Positions 48,701 to 62,100 of a stretch of DNA of 64,000 bases are shown here, one piece after another. Source of the DNA: Eledone cirrhosa (taxonomy: Eukaryota); assembly GCA_964016885.1 (NCBI GenBank), contig OZ024744.1, positions 44,764,001-44,828,000 on the forward strand. The letters run 5' to 3'. The stretch's first letter is position 1; each line of letters starts with the position of its first letter. The notes under the pieces were generated by a model. It did not search any database and had not been told where the DNA came from. It saw nothing but the letters and a program-made list of their open reading frames with translations. The position numbers and the translations under genes were made by a program.

Positions 48701-51592
48701 TCCTCGTCTATGAAGCCTATCTAAGTCAAGCACACAGATCACGAATTTGTGTTCCGTGTAGCTGACTATCTTGAATTGTGGACAGCCTATGCTAGACCTA
48801 TCTATTTCCCTACAAATTACTCTATCTAGATATGATCTGGCTGACCCTATGCGATTTGTCCAAGTCCACATTGGCACATTTGGGAAATCCAATCGGTACC
48901 TGTTAGACAGTTCAAAACGCCTGGCAGGTTGGTGAGACTCTTGCACCCTCCTCCCCTATCCACTAATCCCACACAGTCCCAGCGTGCATCTAAGATCCCG
49001 TTTCAGTCGCCCATTAACACTAAAGAGCGGGACGTTCCAAGAAAGGTCTCCAGACGCCGTAAGAAATAAGGCCGCCCTGCTCCTGTCAGGGCATAAACGG
49101 CCACTCCCTGAAAGCTTGCCCGACTTCGCTGGTCACGTCCAGCACCACCAACTTACCTTCTGGGTCCAGGAAGATGGCCCGTATGGCAAGATCAAAACCT
49201 CTCCGAAAAAGCACATCAACTCCTCCCCCCTATCCCGGACGGCTGGGAGATCCGTACACATCGTAGCCGCCGAAGATCGGTGCGAAGGCCTGTGCTTCGG
49301 AGATTCTGGTCTCGCTGATGGCCACTACATCTATGTTTAGTGACCTGAGGTCGTTGAGCAGGTGGCCTTGCTTCCCTGACGATTCCAAGCCACTCGCATT
49401 TATGCTGCCTATTCTGAGTGAGGTCATGTTGAAATGGAGTGGAAAAGATGGAAAAGACCACTTACCTTACTTCTCGTAGAGGAAGTACGGTTTCTCCATC
49501 CTTTTCACTGCTTGTGGCCTCCTCAGGAAGGATGTCCTTATAAATCCTCATGGAGAGTGCTTGTCGGAAGTCTCCGATGTCTTTGGGGAATTTTTGTTTT
49601 AGTGTCGTGTACGTTTTCTGTGTGATGCGAGTGATTTGTATGTGTGGAGGTGGTGTGAATGTTTGGGTTGTTGTGTAGTCTTTTTCTGTGATGCTGGTGT
49701 TGTGTTGGATGTAGTGTAATAATTGGTTGGTCTTCAAATTTAATGCTGTGTAGTGTGTGTCGTTTTGGTTGTTTTGTTTTGTTTGCGTTTGTTGTGGGTT
49801 TGTTTCTGTTTCGCATTTTGGTGAATTCTGTGGTGCAGGTGATGGTGGTGATGGGGTTAATGATGGTGATGGTGTTGGTGTTTGGGGTGATGGGCTTGGT
49901 GATGCTGGTGTGGATGTGGTATGTCTGTCCTAACCTTTTTGTTTGATAGTTTATTTGTTTCCCTCTGTATTTTGTTTTTGGAGGGGGAAGGAAGAGAATT
50001 TTTTCTTATTTGGTCTCTTATTTTCTTTTTTCCTGATACCGTTTCCCACTCCTCGTCGTCACAATCTGTCTCCAGTTGTGATAGGCCGGGGAGTGGAAAA
50101 TCCTCCACAGGCGTTAGTTTTGGTTGTGGCGTGTTGGATGGTGTAGGCGCTGGTGCTAGTTCTGAAGCGTTGGGTGGTGGTGGTGGTGTTGGTTTTGCTA
50201 CTGTTGCTGGGGTTGTTGCTGTTATAGTTGCTTCTGTTGTTGCTGCTACAGTTGTTGCTGCCATCTCTGCTGCTGGTGGTGTTGATGGTTGAGTCACTGG
50301 CGTGGGTAGGAGAGGTGGCCTCAACCTTTTAGCCTGAGGGCAGAAAGCCCTTAGGTGGGTTCCTTCACCACAAACGACACACCTAGGCCTTCTGCCCTCG
50401 ACGAATACGGTGAGGTGGCTGCCGTCAGTGAGGTCTATTTCCTCTGGGATCACCTCAATGCTTTTTTGGTCCGTTTGGATCAGGAGCTCCATCCCAGGTC
50501 TAGACCAGTTCTCTTGCTTTTCTTTCGCTGTTGCTATAATCTTGGTGTTGGCTTCGATGCTGGCGAGGACGGCAGTTATTAGCCAGGGAATTTCGATAGC
50601 CGGTGGAACGTGGGTCACCCTGATCTTTACGATTCTCTGGCCACAATAGCTTGGGACGAGTGTGAATTCGTCACTTCTTAATGGGGCCATGGAGTGTTCT
50701 CTAGCCTCCTCTGGTGTTTCAAAGAACACGTCCACGGTTCCATATTTCTGCCCACGTCTGATGTGGGATTTTCTTGCCCACGCATGTCCCAAAGATTTTT
50801 GGCTTTGGGACTCGGATGCCCGTTCCACTCGGCGCGATTTTACATTAATTGTTCGATAAGACACGGTGCATAGGCGCCGATGGTCCATTTTATTAGGTGG
50901 GGGGTGAGGCTGACCCTGTACCAATCTTTCTTTACCATCTTTTTGGCATCTTCTAATTCCTCCTGAGTTACCTGAAATGCTTCGCACTGTTTTGCTACTC
51001 TGGCAAAACTCAGGGTGGTTTTCTTAATGTCATTGTTGCTGTTGTTGTTATCGTTATTTTTGTTATTATTAATTTTAGTTTCAGTTGTGGTGGTGGTGGT
51101 GGCGTCAGTGGTGTTCGGTGTGGAAGAGTTCATTTTGATTGAATTCATTTCGACATCACGAGTTTATTTTTATTTTGTTTCTGTTGTCGCGGTGGTGGTA
51201 ATAGTGGCGGCTTTTACACCTGCAGTCATTGGTAATGGCGGGGAATGAATGTCTGCCTGAGACAAATTTAAAATATTGCTACTGCTTAAATTTTTAGTGT
51301 TGGCAAACGTAGTAATATTTACAAGTGTGAGGTGTTAGTTTGTGAGGAAGGCTCTCAGCTGTTTGGTGCAGAGGTGAATCAGCCATGATTTTTTCAAAGA
51401 AATTTTTTGATAATCATAAAAGTTTAAATTTTGGGCAAAAGGCCCCAATCTTTTTGGGTGTCCTTTTCGGAAAACAATGTATGTGCACTTACATATAGTT
51501 AACAATAAAAAATTTCCATAAACGGCAATTTTTCAAACGGAAACAACAAACCTTGCGGAGCTCACGATGATACGATTTAGTACGTAGGTCGC

Positions 51593-51593
<1 letters not shown>
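45779..51593 (-). mobile_element. Tx1-type copy E10 (family A), full-length and frameshifted
   Basis: Family A 3'UTR. ORF2 fragments 46017-49427 are colinear with E8 ORF2. ORF1 fragments 49462-51386 include CVVCGEGTHLRAFC. The 5' end abuts (AAT)n at 51594-51656. Confidence 0.95.
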
Positions 51594-51656
<63 letters not shown>

Positions 51657-51658
<2 letters not shown>

Positions 51659-54600
51659 TATCATTTATTAGCCACATGGGCCGACATACAGGGAACAATA
51701 CAAAAGACTGGGACAGTGGGGTATTACAGAAAAATAGAGTAAACAATATTAATCACAATAACAAAGAAACAAGAAAATTACACCAAGAAAAAATTCCCCA
51801 ATAGGGGGGATGACCACCCAGGGTTCGCTCAGGTATCCCACCAATCCTGAACGACACAACGCTTCGGGAGCACCCTGGAAGGGCACCCCCTCTCCTCCTC
51901 AAATTTACCTACCTACAGCCGCATGACAAGAGTAGGCCCACTCACACGGGCCATTCTCGCCACATTCACCCACATTTCAGCAAATGTACTGGGGGCAGCA
52001 CTTCTCTCTCCACAGTCACCTTTCTTTCCAAGTGAAACTTGAAAAAGTTGATGGCCGAAGAGAAAAGTGTCTGTCTTCACATCTTTCAACCTCGTCCACC
52101 ATACAACCTCTTTCGCTACTGCCACCAGACAGAGGAAAGTTGCCTGCCCTTCCTGGCCAAAAGAAGGCGGCGGGTCGATCTTCACTATGGACTTGGCCGA
52201 TAGACGGGCAGGTCCGTCTGACAGCACTTGCGTGCATGTAGAGTTTATCTCGAACCGGCAGTGCCCCCCGGTAACACTGCCAATCGAGGGATTTTTGGAA
52301 ATTATCCATCGTCTTCAGCTCGAAAGTCCTCCGGTAAAGACTGGTTAGTTCGACTTCGTTGATTCCCAGAGCCTCTCCGAGTGCGTCGTCGCACTTGCCC
52401 ACCACTAATCCTCTATAGAACTCGAGAGTGGAAGTTCCACTGACCGCATTGCCCGCCTGGTAGAGGGCAGTGAGTGCCTGGCAACATTCCAGATGCCATT
52501 CACCCAGTCTCGGTCTCTTCTTGACCCAGGACTGCAACTCAGTCAAAGAAACGAGCTGCGGAAAGGCCCATCTGACAAAGGGCGACCACACCTGTTCACC
52601 GTTTAGGCAGAATATCTGGAGATGCCGCAGCCTCAGCAAGTGCCTGCGCATCATTAGCCACGGCATGCCCAGCCCTCCACGTAGAGGGTGCTGGCAGCAG
52701 ATGGACCGCCTCACCAGCGGAACCTGACGCCTCCACAAGAATTTGAAGAGGAGCCGCTCCAAGATGGCGAGGCGCGTACGGGGCAAGGGACGACGGTCAG
52801 ACGGTAGTAGTTCGCCACCTCAGCCCGACCTTTCAGTGATAGCTTCATCCCAGCCCATTTCTGGGTGAGACTGGCTACCCTGCTCGTCACCTCATCCCAA
52901 GTCTTATCCACCTGGAGGTCTGGCCCGAACCAAACCCCTAGAAACTTTACCGGTCCGTCCGTCCAGCGCCTAACGACGCTGTTGGACGGCATGGACTTGC
53001 CTCTCCAGGTCCCGAGTTGCAAGACTACTGACTTTTCCGGGTTAAGTTTTGCTCCCGTCAACCTTTCATATTCCTCCAATAAGTTGCCGACCACCTCGAT
53101 TTCTGAGGTGTCCGACACCATCACAGTAATATCGTCTGCATAAGCCGAGACAGCCTTTCCGCGTCCCGGTTCGAGCGGGATGCCCTGCAACAGCTCCAGC
53201 TTCCCCAGTAAAGGCTCGAGAGTACAGAAGGGAGGAGAGAGGGCACCCTTGACGGACCGATCGGGAGACCTGAAACGGTTCCGAGAGGAGGAAATTAATT
53301 TTGACCACCGAGCAGGTGCCGCTGTGCATTGCAGCGATCCAGCTTCTGAAGACGGGGCCGAAGCCAGCCGCCTTGAGGACAGCCTCCAGGTACCGATGGT
53401 CGACCCTATCGAATGCTTTCGATTGATCTAAATTGATCAGAGCCCAACCGAAGCCAGGTTTACACCCTACCTTCTCTATGATGTATCGCATCAGGTGGAG
53501 GTTGTCGTGTATTAACATGGTTGGGATTGCGCAAGTTTGCGCCTCCCCAACCAAATTCCCGACGACAAGCGCCAACCTCTTCGCTAACACCCTGGCCAAA
53601 ATCTTAAACTCTGTGTTAAGCAGAGTTATGGGCCTGAAATTGTCTAATGTGTCCCTCTTGTTCTCGTCTTTCCTTATCAGCGTCACTACGCCCCGGCTCA
53701 CAGAACTGGGAGTACTCCCGTTTTGTTGCCAATTGCAGTAGAGGGCTTCGAGGAGGTTGGAGAACAAGTCTGGCATATTTACGTAAAACTCGTAGGGCAG
53801 ACCATCCAAACCGGGTGACTTGCGCCTCATGCAGCCGACAAGGGCATTCTGAATCTCGGCTGAAGTGATTGGCCTTTCGCAGCGCCCAGCGACAGCCGTC
53901 GAGAGTAGCGGCAAGCCATCGAGGTAGGGACTGAAGTCCGCCACCATCTCTGACCCGCCACTTCCCCCGAACATGCGAGCAAAATGTTGGCGAAAGGCTT
54001 ATCACATCCGCTTGGAATCGCTCAGCTCGTGTCCGTCTCGGTCCGTCAAAGACCGAATCGTGGTTTTATTACCAAGCTGCGCCACTTCCATGCGGGCCCA
54101 TCGAACAGCTTTGGTTCCCTCGTTTCTCAGAGCACGCGCCTTAGCTCTGACAATGCAACCTTCGTGTTTCGCATTTAAGAAATGGTATAATGCCATTCTC
54201 GCCGCTAGCACGTCAGTTGCAATGCCACTACCAGTAGCCTCGTCTAACTTATATACCAACTGCCCCTCCTTTCTATTTTTCTCTAACGCTACTTCTTTGC
54301 TAAACTCTATCGACATTACTCTAATCTCTCTTTTGAGAGCCCCCTCACCCCCCACCATCTATTGTTGACGTCTCCCGCTGTCAACTTTTCCTTAACTAAA
54401 TTGTTGACCTGGTCCCTGTAAGCCTTACGTACCGGAAATGACATGTTTAGCTTCCAGTAACCAGGTCCTAACCTACGCGTCTTATATAGATCGACCATAC
54501 AGATCACCAACTTGTGACCTGAATAGGCGACCGTTTCAAAACGTGGACAGCTTACACTATTTCTGTCTATTTTCCTAATGAATATCCTGTCTATATACGA

Positions 54601-57366
54601 TCTAGATGACCCTATGCGGTTAGCCCAGGTCCACACTGGCGCATTAGGGAAATCTAGTCGGTACCTGTCAGGCAGTTGGAACTGGCTGATTAGGTTCTTG
54701 AGGGATTTGCACCCCACGCTCCTATGGATACTCCCACACAGTCTCTGCGTGCGTCTAAGATGCCGTTCCAGTCCCCGCTAACAGTAAAGGGCGAGACGTG
54801 CCCAGAAAGGCTTCCAGGCGTCTAAAGAGGTCCGGCCGTCCTGCCGCAGTAGGAGCATCGACGGCCACCAGTCTAAAGGCACCACCTTCGTTATTGTTCA
54901 CGGCCAGGACCACCAACTTCCCGTCCGGGTCCCAGAAGATCGAACTTACCTCGAGATCCAGGCCTTTCCTCAACACTGCCACCCCGCCTCCCATTCCCGG
55001 CCGGCTAACAGACGCAAAGATCTGATAGTCGTCGAAAATGGGGTGTAGTGCGCTCATGTCGGAAATCCTGGTCTCGCTGACGGCAATTACATCCATTTCT
55101 AGAGACCTGAGGTCATTGAGCAGGTGACCCTGCTTCCAGGACGATCCCAGGCCTCGAACATTTAAACATCCTACTCTTAATACGGCCATGTTGGCAGGTT
55201 AAAAAGAGAAAGAGGAAAGGTTTACTTACCTTCCGGGCTCTTGTGAAGGTCGGGTTGTTCGACCTCCCTAGTTCGTGGGGTTTCTTTTGGGAACCCCTTT
55301 AAAGGTCTTGAAGTTGGTTTTACGTTTGGGGTTCCCACGTCCCGAGGAAAGCTGTTTCGTATTTCTTTGTATAATTCGATCGACATTCGCACCAGAACCA
55401 AATCTTCCGGCACGCGAAATGTGCTCGATTTATAAATTTCCCCCTCTTTTTGTATATTTTCACTTCGTGCTACGAGGGCCATCAGTTCCTTGTTGGCCCT
55501 CCTGACGATCACGAAGTTTTGTATATTTTGTTGGTGTGATTTTATTTGTTTGCGTGGCTGTGGTGGTGATAGTTTTGGTGGTGTTGTTTCGGTTGTGTCT
55601 GTGTTTGTTGTGAGTGCGGTGTCTGTGGTTTCAGATGCTTGTCTGTATATTTGTTCTAGCGTCTGTTTAGAGGTTGTTTGTGTTTGGGGGATTCTGGTGA
55701 TGGTGATGGTGGTGATGATGTTGGTGTTATTGGAGAGATGTTTGCGTGGGTGGTATCTGCGTTTTTTATTGTGGGTGATTTTGTGCTTTGTTGAGTTATT
55801 TTTTTCTTTTTGTGTTTCCTTTTTTTGTATTTTGGGGGATTTGGGTTTTCCCTCATCTTCACTACTGGTAGATGAGGGGTCTGTGTCTGTAAGTGTGTCT
55901 GTATGTATGTTTATGGTTTTATTGGTGTGTGTATTTTGGGGGGGAGGGGGAATGTGACAGCTTTCCTCGTTTCCCTCTTGGGTGGTCAATGTTGGTGGTG
56001 GTCTTTCTATTGTTGTTGTTGTTGGTTGTGGTCCTCGCCCCGGCATCGGCTGCAGTGGAGCCTTTCGACCCCTTGCCTCTTTCAACAGTTGAGGGCAGAA
56101 GGCTCGCAAATGGGTTTTTTCCCCACAAACAAAACACTGCGGCCTTTTGCCTTCGGTCATAATGTGAATGGCCGTCCCATTCTGAAGGCGGATGTGGTCT
56201 GGGATTGTCTTCACATTCTCGGGCCTGATCTGGGGAAGTATATCCAGGTCAACCCCGGACCAGTCCTTTCTGGCCGTTCTTGTCACTTGTATAGGGACTG
56301 TATCCGTCCCCTCCACAATCACACATCCAAGAAGCCATCACATGTCAAGTCCTGGTGGGATTCTGGGAATGCGGAGACGGGCCGTTCTTTTTCCCATGTG
56401 GGAGGGGTACATTATGACCTTGCTGGTTTTGCAAGGAGTCATAGCGTGTTTCATAGCGAGGGCTTCTGACTTGAACAACACTGAAATGGTGCCGTACTGT
56501 CTGCCCCTCTCTATGTATTCGGTGTCTTCTCTGATGCACCTCAGCGCGACTTCGACATCTTCTTGTGGGATTAAAGCTGCCCTTTTGGTTTGTGCTGAGA
56601 TGCATCTATAATGCACCGTTCTGCGCCCCACTGCCTCAATAGCTTCTACCGGGACAGTTAAGTTTGCCCATGTTTGCTCTTGCTTGATGAGCTTCCATGC
56701 CTGGTCCAACTTTTCATCTTTGTTTGAGAGGTCCATGTTGAAGCATGGCCTCTTTTTTGCTGCTGCCGCAGCGAAAGTGTTCTTCTTGTTTTCGTTGGGG
56801 GGTGTGGTTGGTGTTGTTCTTGTTGGTGTTGTTGTTAGCACTGTCGCTGTTATCATTGTTGTCTTTGTTGCCACCGTTGTTCTCGGTGCAGTTGGTATTG
56901 TTGCTGTTGGTGTTGTCGCTATTTGTTTTCATGTTAGTGGTGTTGATATTGTTGTTACATTTGTTATCTTTTTTTTTTGTTATCTGTATTCTCGTTGTCG
57001 CTGTTACTGTCATTTTTTTCAAAATTAGAGTTCTTATTGGTATCATTGGTGTCTTTGTTTACCTTGTTTGAGGTGGTGTTTGTGCTATCAATGTGTGTTA
57101 ATTTCGCTGTAGCGCTCCTCTCAACTTCTACGTCGTTGTCGCACGACAGCCGACATATCGCTGGGGACGTGGCTCAGCCATGTTTTTTTTCTCCGTAAAT
57201 TTTTTAACATGTAAAAAAGTTCAAATATTTGGGCCAAAAGACCTTTCACAGGGCAAAGTCTAAGGGTTTATATCCCTTAAACAACAAGAAATATTTAACA
57301 ACAAATAATTTTAACAGGCAAATAAAGCGACTTACTGGGACTGAGAAAAATACGTCCGATTAGACC
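51657..57366 (-). mobile_element. Tx1-type copy E11 (family C), full-length and frameshifted
   Basis: Family C 3'UTR. ORF2 fragments 51913-55189 (MAVLRVGCLNVRGL; YADD). ORF1 fragments 55222-57181 (CFVCGEKTHLRAFC). The 5' end abuts (AAT)n at 57367-57426. Confidence 0.94.

Positions 57367-57426
<60 letters not shown>
57367..57426. repeat. (AAT)20 target tract between the E11 5' end and the Dong D3 5' end
   Basis: Pure AAT at a head-to-head junction. Confidence 0.97.
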
Positions 57427-57552
57427 CGGAGGTCATGAAATCGCTCCCGTAAGTTTTGAATTTTTAACATATTTAAACCATTTGTGAAATAACAACTCTT
57501 AGCACAAATGCTACGTAAAGCACCCGGCTTGAGCCCCAAAAAATTCGGACCC

Positions 57553-58829
57553 AAAATATATTGTTATAAGGCTCAAATATTCAAATATTCAACTTTGTAT
57601 TGTACACTGTATATCCCAAAAAAAAAAAAAAAAATGGCTATAAATGGAAGAAGAACCCCTCCCCTCCTCTCCTCTGGCTACACTATATAGGACAGCTAAA
57701 CTCACCAACACCAGAAACTAGATACACCACCCACCCCATCATATGTGTACACTAAACACAACAGCCAGATAACGACACATTTTCACCTTCACCGCCACCG
57801 CTCACTACGGCCATCATTACCACCACTATCCCATCACCGCCGCCACCACCCCTTGACTCCGCTACAGCACCATCACTACAGTAATACGGTCACATCACCG
57901 CCACCACTGCCTCGGTATCGACATCACCACCACCACTGTCTCAGTATCGCTAACGCCGCCAGTCTCCCACTTCCCTGCTGGCTGCTACTCCCACATTATA
58001 GAATTCCTACTACTAACAAAGAGGAAGGCATCAAAATATATAGATAGACCCAAAAGAAAAAAGAAAAAACAAACAACAAAACCAAAGCAGCACAGCAACA
58101 ACAGCAAAAAACGAGAAAAACAAACAGAGAAAAACAAAAACAAAAAAAAGAAACCCCAAAAACGTAAAGAAAATATATTGTTATAAGGCTCAAAACGTAA
58201 AGAAAATATATTGTTATAAGGCTCAAATATTCAAATATTCAACTTTGTATTGTACACTGTATATCCAAAAAAAAAAAAAAAAAAAAAATGGCTATAAATG
58301 GAAGAAGAACCCCTCCCCTCCTCTCCTCTGGCTACACTATATAGGACAGCTAAACTCACCAACACCAGAAACTAGATACACCACCCACCCCATCATCTGT
58401 GTACACTAAACACAACAGCCAGATAACGACACATTTTCACCTTCACCGCCACCGCTCACTACGGCCATCATTACCACCACTATCCCAGCACCGCCGCCAC
58501 CACCCCTTGACTCCGCTACAGCACCATCACTACAGTAATACGGTCACATCACCGCCACCACTGCCTCGGTATCGACATCACCACCACCACTGTCTCAGTA
58601 TCGCTAACGCCGCCAGTCTCCCACTTCCCTGCTGGCTGCTACTTCCACATTATAGAATTCCTACTACTAACAAAGAGGAAGGCATCAAAATATATAGATA
58701 GACTCAAAAGAAAAAAGAAAAAACAAACAACAAAACCAAAGCAGCACAGCAACAACAGCAAAAAACGAGAAAAACAAACAGAGAAAAACAAAAACAAAAA
58801 AAAGAAACCCCAAAAACGTAAAGAAAATA
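57553..58829 (+). repeat. Near-perfect ~625-bp tandem duplication in the D3 5'UTR
   Basis: 57553-58175 is repeated at 58203-58829 with few differences and a different poly(A) length. There is an extra ~33-bp duplication at the junction. Confidence 0.93.
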
Positions 58830-59131
58830 AGAATGAAGAGAGAAGCAGGCGGACGGACAGAGAAGAGGGGGGAAAAAGTAAAACTTAAAAAACTAAAACT
58901 AAGTCAGACATTCGAACACTACATTACAATGAAACTTATGCTTATTCATTTCTGGGGCCCTTTCTGCCTGTGTGTTTGTTTGTTTATGTGTGTTCGTATA
59001 CAGCGTGGTGATAATGCCACACAAGGGCCAAGTGGGATGGCGGACCCACAGATGGCTATGTAAACATACATTCGCCAATCCTCGATAAGAGTGTTTAAAT
59101 ATCGAACATAAACAGTTCGAATAACGGTGAA

Positions 59132-62100
59132 ATGGAGACTAGAACGTCATGTGACAGACTCTCACCCAACAGGTGCCCCCTGGCTCAGCAGCAGGAACCT
59201 GACTGTCAACCAAATACTGCTGATGTTGGAGGAAGGAGAAGAAGGAAAGGGGCCAGAACCAACTGGACGAAAGAATTGAATAGAACTGTTATGCAATGCT
59301 ACCTGAAAAGTAACCCCAAGGAGAGGGGCTACAGGAGACGGATGCATAACATCTGGAACGAGATTGGTTTATTTAAATTAGATGAACAAAAATTGGCCGG
59401 GCAGGCTCGGGTAATAAGAACTAATGGGTGGATAAGCGAGCTGGAACTGGAGGAACTGAGCAGAGAGAATGGCTTGGAGATGGCGGGTGTAGTATGCCAG
59501 ACAAGCGAGCCGGTGGGAAATGAAGGTGAGGAGGTCCTGAGAACGGAGGAACCACCCGAAGCAGACAATGATCTGAGTACTGAGATAAATAATACCTGGA
59601 ACAGAGATACGGCCACTGAGGAGATGAATGCTGACGGGCTAGGACAAGATTCGGTTGACATCCTAAATTTAGTGGTAGATGAATTGAACAATGATAGTGG
59701 GAGACCTATGAACCTAAGATTTGTAGACAGGAAAAAGTTAAAAGAAACAACAGCTAAGGTAAACAAAGTCATCCCATACCTTGAGGCGAGGAGCCTTCAC
59801 CAGTGCAACAATATCCTCAGAGCAACAGCAAATACGGTGAGGAAACTACTTGGTATAAAAGCGAGAGGAAACAACAGACAAGAAAGAGCAGAGCCGTGGT
59901 GGAAGAAGCGACTGAGTGGGCAAATCGGGGAAATGAGAAATGACATAGGAAAGCTTGAGTCACTACTGAATGGGACACTAAAAAACATAGGCACTAAAAA
60001 TAAACTGGAAATAAAATACAAAACTAGGAGTAAAAAGCTAAATATTATCATAGAGGAATTGAAGCAACGCATTGTAGCAAAGAGTGCAAAAACCAGGCGA
60101 TACGAGAACAGAGTCAGTCAGTATAAACAGAACCGCATGTTCGACAACAACCAGAAGATGCTGTTTGGACAGCTTGAGGGCAAAGAAAGAGGCAACGACT
60201 TGATCCCTGGGGCGGAGCAAACTAAAACATTCTGGAGAGGAATATGGGAGCAGGATGTTAGACACAATGCCCAGGCAGGGTGGATTGAGACAGTACAGAG
60301 GGAGATCGGTGAGCAGGCACAGCAACAGACTGATTTGAGTATCACAGTTGAAACTCTTAAGGGACAAGCCAAAAAACTAACCAACTGGAAATCGCCAGGC
60401 CCAGATGGTGTGCAGGGGTATTGGATTAAACATCTAACATCCCTCCACCCGAAGCTGACGGCCATGTTCAATGACTGCTTGGTGACGGGTGAGGTGCCAG
60501 AGTGGTTGACAAAAGGTACCACAGTTCTGATAATGAAAGACCGAATCAAGGGTAATGATGCTACCAACTATAGACCTATCACATGTCTGCCCGTAATGTG
60601 GAAACTGTTGACGAGCATTGTGTCTGAGGAAATCTACCATCACCTCCACACAAACAACTTGTTACCGGACGAACAGAAAGGATGCCGAAAGAAGTCACGT
60701 GGTACAAAGGACCAGTTGCTTATTGATAAGATGGTAATGGGGAATTGCAGGAGGAGACACACTGATCTTGCCATGGGATGGATAGACTACAGAAAGGCAT
60801 TTGACATGGTGCCTCATTCCTGGATCACCAAAAGCCTGGAGATCTTCAGGGTGGCGGATAACATCAGACAGTTGCTAGGCAGGAGTATGGGGTCCTGGGA
60901 GACAGAGTTGACATCAACTGGAGTATCCTTGGGAAGCGTGAAGATCAAGAGAGGTATCTTCCAGGGAGATAGCCTGTCCCCTCTGTTGTTTGTCCTTGCC
61001 CTGATGCCCTTGACCATTATGCTGCGAAAAGTGAGAGCAGGATACAAGTTGGGAAGGGGAGAGCTTACCATCAATCACCTCCTCTTCATGGACGATCTTA
61101 AGCTCTTCGGGAAAAGTGAGAAGGAGTTGGATGTGCTTGTTGACACTGTCCGTATTTTCAGCAGTGATATATGTATGCAGTTTGGTATTGGTAAATGTGG
61201 AGTCACTGTGATGAAGAGGGGTAGGTTGAGCAGAAGTAACGGGATCCAGATACCAACAGGTGAGATGATAAAGGAAATTGACTCTGAGGAAGGATACAAG
61301 TATTTGGGCGTTCTGGAGGCTGATGGCATAAAGAACAAAAAAATGAAGGAATTGTTAAGAACTGAATACATTCGGAGAGTAAGGAGCGTATTGAAGTCAC
61401 ATCTGAACAGCAGAAATGCCATAAGCGCAGTAAATTCCCGAGCTGTGTCTATTATTAGGTACAGTGCGGGAATTCTGAGATGGAATGTTGCTGAACAGAA
61501 AGAAATGGATAGGAAGACTAGGAAGCTATTGACTATCTACAACATGTTCCACAAGAGGAGTGATGTCGATAGACTCTACCTAAGGAGATCTGAGGGTGGA
61601 AGAGGTCTTATCAGCATAGAGGACTGTGTTCAGATGGAGAAAAACAACCTATACAAATACGTGACCTATAGTAAGGAGCCAATGCTCAGAGCTGTACTGA
61701 AGGAGGGGACAGTAGGCCAGGGGATGTCCAGGGAGGAAATAACATCAAGGAGGAAGAGCAGCCTTAAGGGAAAACCCCTTCATAGTACCTTCTTTGAGAA
61801 AACTGAATTTAGAGATCCACAGACATGGAACTGGTTGAGAAGAGGAGACCTCAAAAAGGCTACAGAAGGAATGCTAATGGCTGCGCAGGAGCAGGCCCTC
61901 AAAACGAAGTGGTTGAAGCACCATATCTACAAGGAGGAGGCCAGCCCACTGTGCAGGATCTGTGGAGAGAGAGAGGAGACTGTGGCTCACATTGTGTCCG
62001 AGTGTAAACACCTAGCCCAGACCCACTATAAGGGCTGGAGACACGATGTGATGGGCAGGGTGATCCACTGGCACCTGTGCAAAGTAAACAATCTACTACA

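Noticed and set aside
4033-57366. Array formed by segmental tandem duplication or assembly collapse
   Set aside because: Adjacent copies belong to different families, differ in decay level and carry private deletions, which fits independent insertions over time.
57745-58701. Two near-identical 100-aa His/Pro-rich ORFs
   Set aside because: Low-complexity 5'UTR inside the tandem duplication, with GTG starts. The frame is not clearly conserved in D2.
58990-59130. HDV-like ribozyme in the Dong 5'UTR
   Set aside because: The GC-rich patch differs between D2 and D3, and I could not fit the double pseudoknot by eye.
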